This document shows positions 60,891-64,000 of a DNA stretch of 64,000 nt, piece by piece. Under the pieces are notes generated by a model. It searched no databases and was not told the origin of the DNA. It saw nothing but the letters and a program-made list of their open reading frames with translations. The translations under genes were made by a program, and so were the position numbers. Source of the DNA: Geosiphon pyriformis uo1. Taxonomy: Eukaryota > Fungi > Glomeromycota. Every line of letters starts with the position of its first letter. Position 1 is the first letter of the stretch. The stretch lies in contig JAAOMT010000071.1 in NCBI GenBank assembly GCA_016748015.1, positions 186,001 to 250,000 of the forward strand, in the 5' to 3' direction.

Positions 60891-63800
60891 AATTTACAGT
60901 TCTAGTAAACATAGCTCTCAATATACAAAATGAATCTTACCAGATTCTTTAACTTCTCCAACCAATTATCATTTCACTTTTTGGAAACATCACAAAATTT
61001 ACACTTGCTCAAAACCCACTACTACTCAACAAATCTTTGAATTCAATAAACAAATCTGTTTAAAGCATGAAATCTCAATTTCAAAGGAATAAAAAAATTT
61101 CAAGTTATATTCTACAATCCCAATAATTACCCTATTGTCTTATTGAATAAATTAGAGATTGGAATCATATACAGCAACATTTTCTAAGATGAAAACTCTC
61201 AAATTGTTTCTAATTTTATCGAAATTATAAGACATACTCTACTCTCAAATCCAAATATCATTCCAATTACTGAAAACTACCACTTTTTGGAAGAAAAACT
61301 CTCTTAAATCAACATAAATCTCTTAAAACTTTAACAACAAAAACAATTAGCTAATAGCTGAATTTACAGATATATTTGCAAAAAACAACAATGATCTTGG
61401 AAAAACTAATATTGTCTAACACCAGATCTACACAGAAGATGCTTCACCAAAATGACAACAAGTTTATTGAATTTCACCTCCCAGCCACCAATTTATTAGA
61501 GAAGAAGTCCAAAGAATACTTAATAATAAATTGATTCAATCATCAAGAAGCCCATAAGTCTCATCAGTGATTCTTGTCAAAAAGAAAAATGGAAAAATCA
61601 GATTCTGTGTAGATTATTATCAGCTCAACAGCATAATAATTGAGATGCTTACTCTTTTTCAAGAATTGATAATATACTAGATGCCTTAGAAAAAGCCAAG
61701 TTTTTCTTAACTTTAGACTTGGAAAGTGGATACTGGCAAGTCGAAATAAACCCAAAAGATAGATCCAAAACAGCATTTACCACCCAAGGAAAGAACTATG
61801 AGTTTAATGTTATGCCTTTTAGACTTTCCAATATACCAGCAACATTCTAATGACTCATAGATGTTGTATATGAAAGACTTTTATGACAATCAGTAGTTGT
61901 TTATTTGGATAACACTAATGTATATTTACTCAGCTTTGAAGCCCATCTTATCTACTTGCAAGAAGTTTTTCAATGATTACAAAAAACAAGATTGAAATTG
62001 AATATTGAAAAATGTCACTTTGAAAAAACAAGCTTAATCTTTCTTGAACACATAGTTAGTAAAGATGAAATTAAACCAAATCCAGAAACAATTAGTGCTG
62101 TTAAAAACTTTCAAACTCCCAAAAATACCACAAAGCTACAAGAATTTGTAGAATTAGTCTCTTACTATCAGAAATTCATAAAAAAATTCCAAACCACTCA
62201 ATTATCTTATCAACAAAAATGTGCCATACCAATAGACTAAAGAACAACAGAAAGTCTTTGAAATCTTTAAGACAAAATTAACAACAGCACCAGTTTTTGC
62301 TTATCCAAACTTTAATAAATGGTTTCAACTAACTACTGATGCTTTACACATAGCTTTTGGTCCTATTCTATCACAATTAAATGAAAATGGCCAAGAGCAA
62401 GTTATTGTCTATGCCAGTAAAACACTTAAACCAACAAAACTCAAATATGACTCAACTGAATTGGAAGCTACTGCAGTTATTTGGGCTTTTAAATACTTTC
62501 AACAATACTTGAAGAATAGAAAAGAATTTGATATCATAACTAACAATATTAGTCTTAAATGATTCAATAAAAAGAAAACAGAACAAAGTGCCAAACAGTC
62601 TTGATGGAATAATTTCCTAGCAGACTACAAATATATTGTACACTACAAACCAGAAAAACTATACACCAATATTGATAGCCTCTCAAGAATGAGACAAGAT
62701 TAATACCAACAACAATTTTACCACAACTTATCAACCTACTAACAGAATAACAAAACAACAATAGATCTCAGAAATTACAACAATCTTAAAAACTATTTGG
62801 AGACTTTGACCATGCCAAAAAATTGGTCTCCAAGTGAAAAACATCGATTACAACACCAATTAAAACAATATTTCATACACCACAACAAAATTTATTATAA
62901 AAATTGCAGAAACCCAAACCAACCACTCAAATTAGTACAAGAAAATAAAAAAAAAACAATTCAATACAACATGTACACAGATCTTTCTTCAGCACATTTG
63001 GGAAGAGATGAAACAATTCAAAGAACTCTTGAACATTATTTTTGGTCTTACATGCAAAAAAACATTTAACAATATGTAGAATCTTGTGATAGTTGTTAAA
63101 GAAAAGGAAGAACTCACCTCACAGAGCCTTTAAATCCAATCAAAGTTGGACAATCTTTTGACAGAGTTGGAATTGATTTAGTCAGACCATTACCTATTAC
63201 AACCCAAGGAAATTGTTATATTGCAGTTGCAATAGATTATCTTACCAAATAGTCTGAAGCTAAAGCCATCCAAAGAGCAGATATAAAATCAGTAGCAAAT
63301 TTTATCTATGAAAACATTATTTGTAGACATAGATGCTCAATTGAACTTTTATCTGATTAAGAAACACATTTTGTGAATAATTCAATGTTAAAAGACCTTT
63401 ATTATCATTTTATCACCCTCAAACAAATGGATTTGTAAAACATTTCAACAGAACATTGTGTGAATTTTTAGCCAAAATCTCAACAAATTTTGAGCAGGAA
63501 TGAAATATTTTTATTTCATTAGTGTTACTAGCATACAGAACACTAAAACAAGATACTATAAAACACATACTATTTGATCTTATTTATGGAAGAACAGCAA
63601 TATTACCAATTAATTTCACAGTAGAAACATATCCAGTACAACCAATTAATGAAAAAAACTTTTAAGAAACACTTTAAAGAAGAGTCTACACTCTCTTTAG
63701 TACATTAAAAGGAAAAAGACACATAGCAGCCACTTATATTGAACACTTTTAAGCTTTACAAAAAGAAAAACATGACAACAAACTGCCATCAGTTATCAAT

Positions 63801-64000
63801 AAATTTAAAATTGGAAATAAAGTTTTCTTACACAAAACTAAGGCTGAAAAACAATGGAGTAGAAAATTTGAACATAAATAGGATGGATCATTTTATATTT
63901 ACAAAATTCTAGGCAATAGATTATACAAGTTAAGACTTGATGACAAAGTTCTAGCAAAAGTTGTACATGGAAATAGATTGAAACACTATTATTCGAGAAA

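Larger units (their letters stand above)
56186..64000 (+). mobile_element. Gypsy family A copy A2: LTR, gag (57180-58990), protease (~59190-59540), Cys-rich region, dUTPase, RT (~61400-62200), RNase H (~62280-62703), integrase (62761 onward); runs off the window end
   Basis: CYYCEISGHWKRDC knuckle near 58600; LILNSGLAGS; QALVGNDWL; YLDN; YASKTL; HLGRD..HYFW; GIDLV. Confidence 0.93.

Noticed and set aside
1-64000. A1 and A2 as giant terminal inverted repeats of one large element
   Set aside because: Each is an independent LTR-element insertion into a different B copy.

Overview
AT-rich eukaryotic (fungal) DNA made almost entirely of nested retrotransposons around one intact host gene. The repeat proteins resemble those I recall from Glomeromycotina such as Geosiphon; this is recollection, not a search result. 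(i) Three full-length, co-oriented APE-type LINEs with RNase H lie at 12061-18831, 23646-30437 and 30711-37544, each with a target-site duplication (TSD) and poly(A). (ii) There are three Ty3/Gypsy-type LTR families. Family A carries a dUTPase (1-6327 minus, 56186-64000 plus, an eroded copy at ~39.2-42.7 kb, and a solo-like LTR at ~10.3-11.3 kb). Family B occurs at 6328-9460 and 51513-56185, both minus and both interrupted by family A. Family C is one complete element at 43605-51300 (minus) with a 4-bp TSD. (iii) A 10-exon alpha/beta-hydrolase gene sits at 21402-23171. All elements are eroded by C>T/G>A transitions. The most interesting signal is a shared non-canonical LTR architecture: pol stops 4 codons after the RNase H 'LS(R/K)' motif, integrase appears to be a separate ORF, a homologous uncharacterised ORF follows in the env position, and a conserved GGAGCTCAA-like motif precedes the PPT. 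The LINEs also share a 5'-terminal stem-loop, an AUGA stop/start overlap and a covarying, probably pseudoknotted 3' UTR. All alignments, translations and folds were done by eye, so domain boundaries are approximate.
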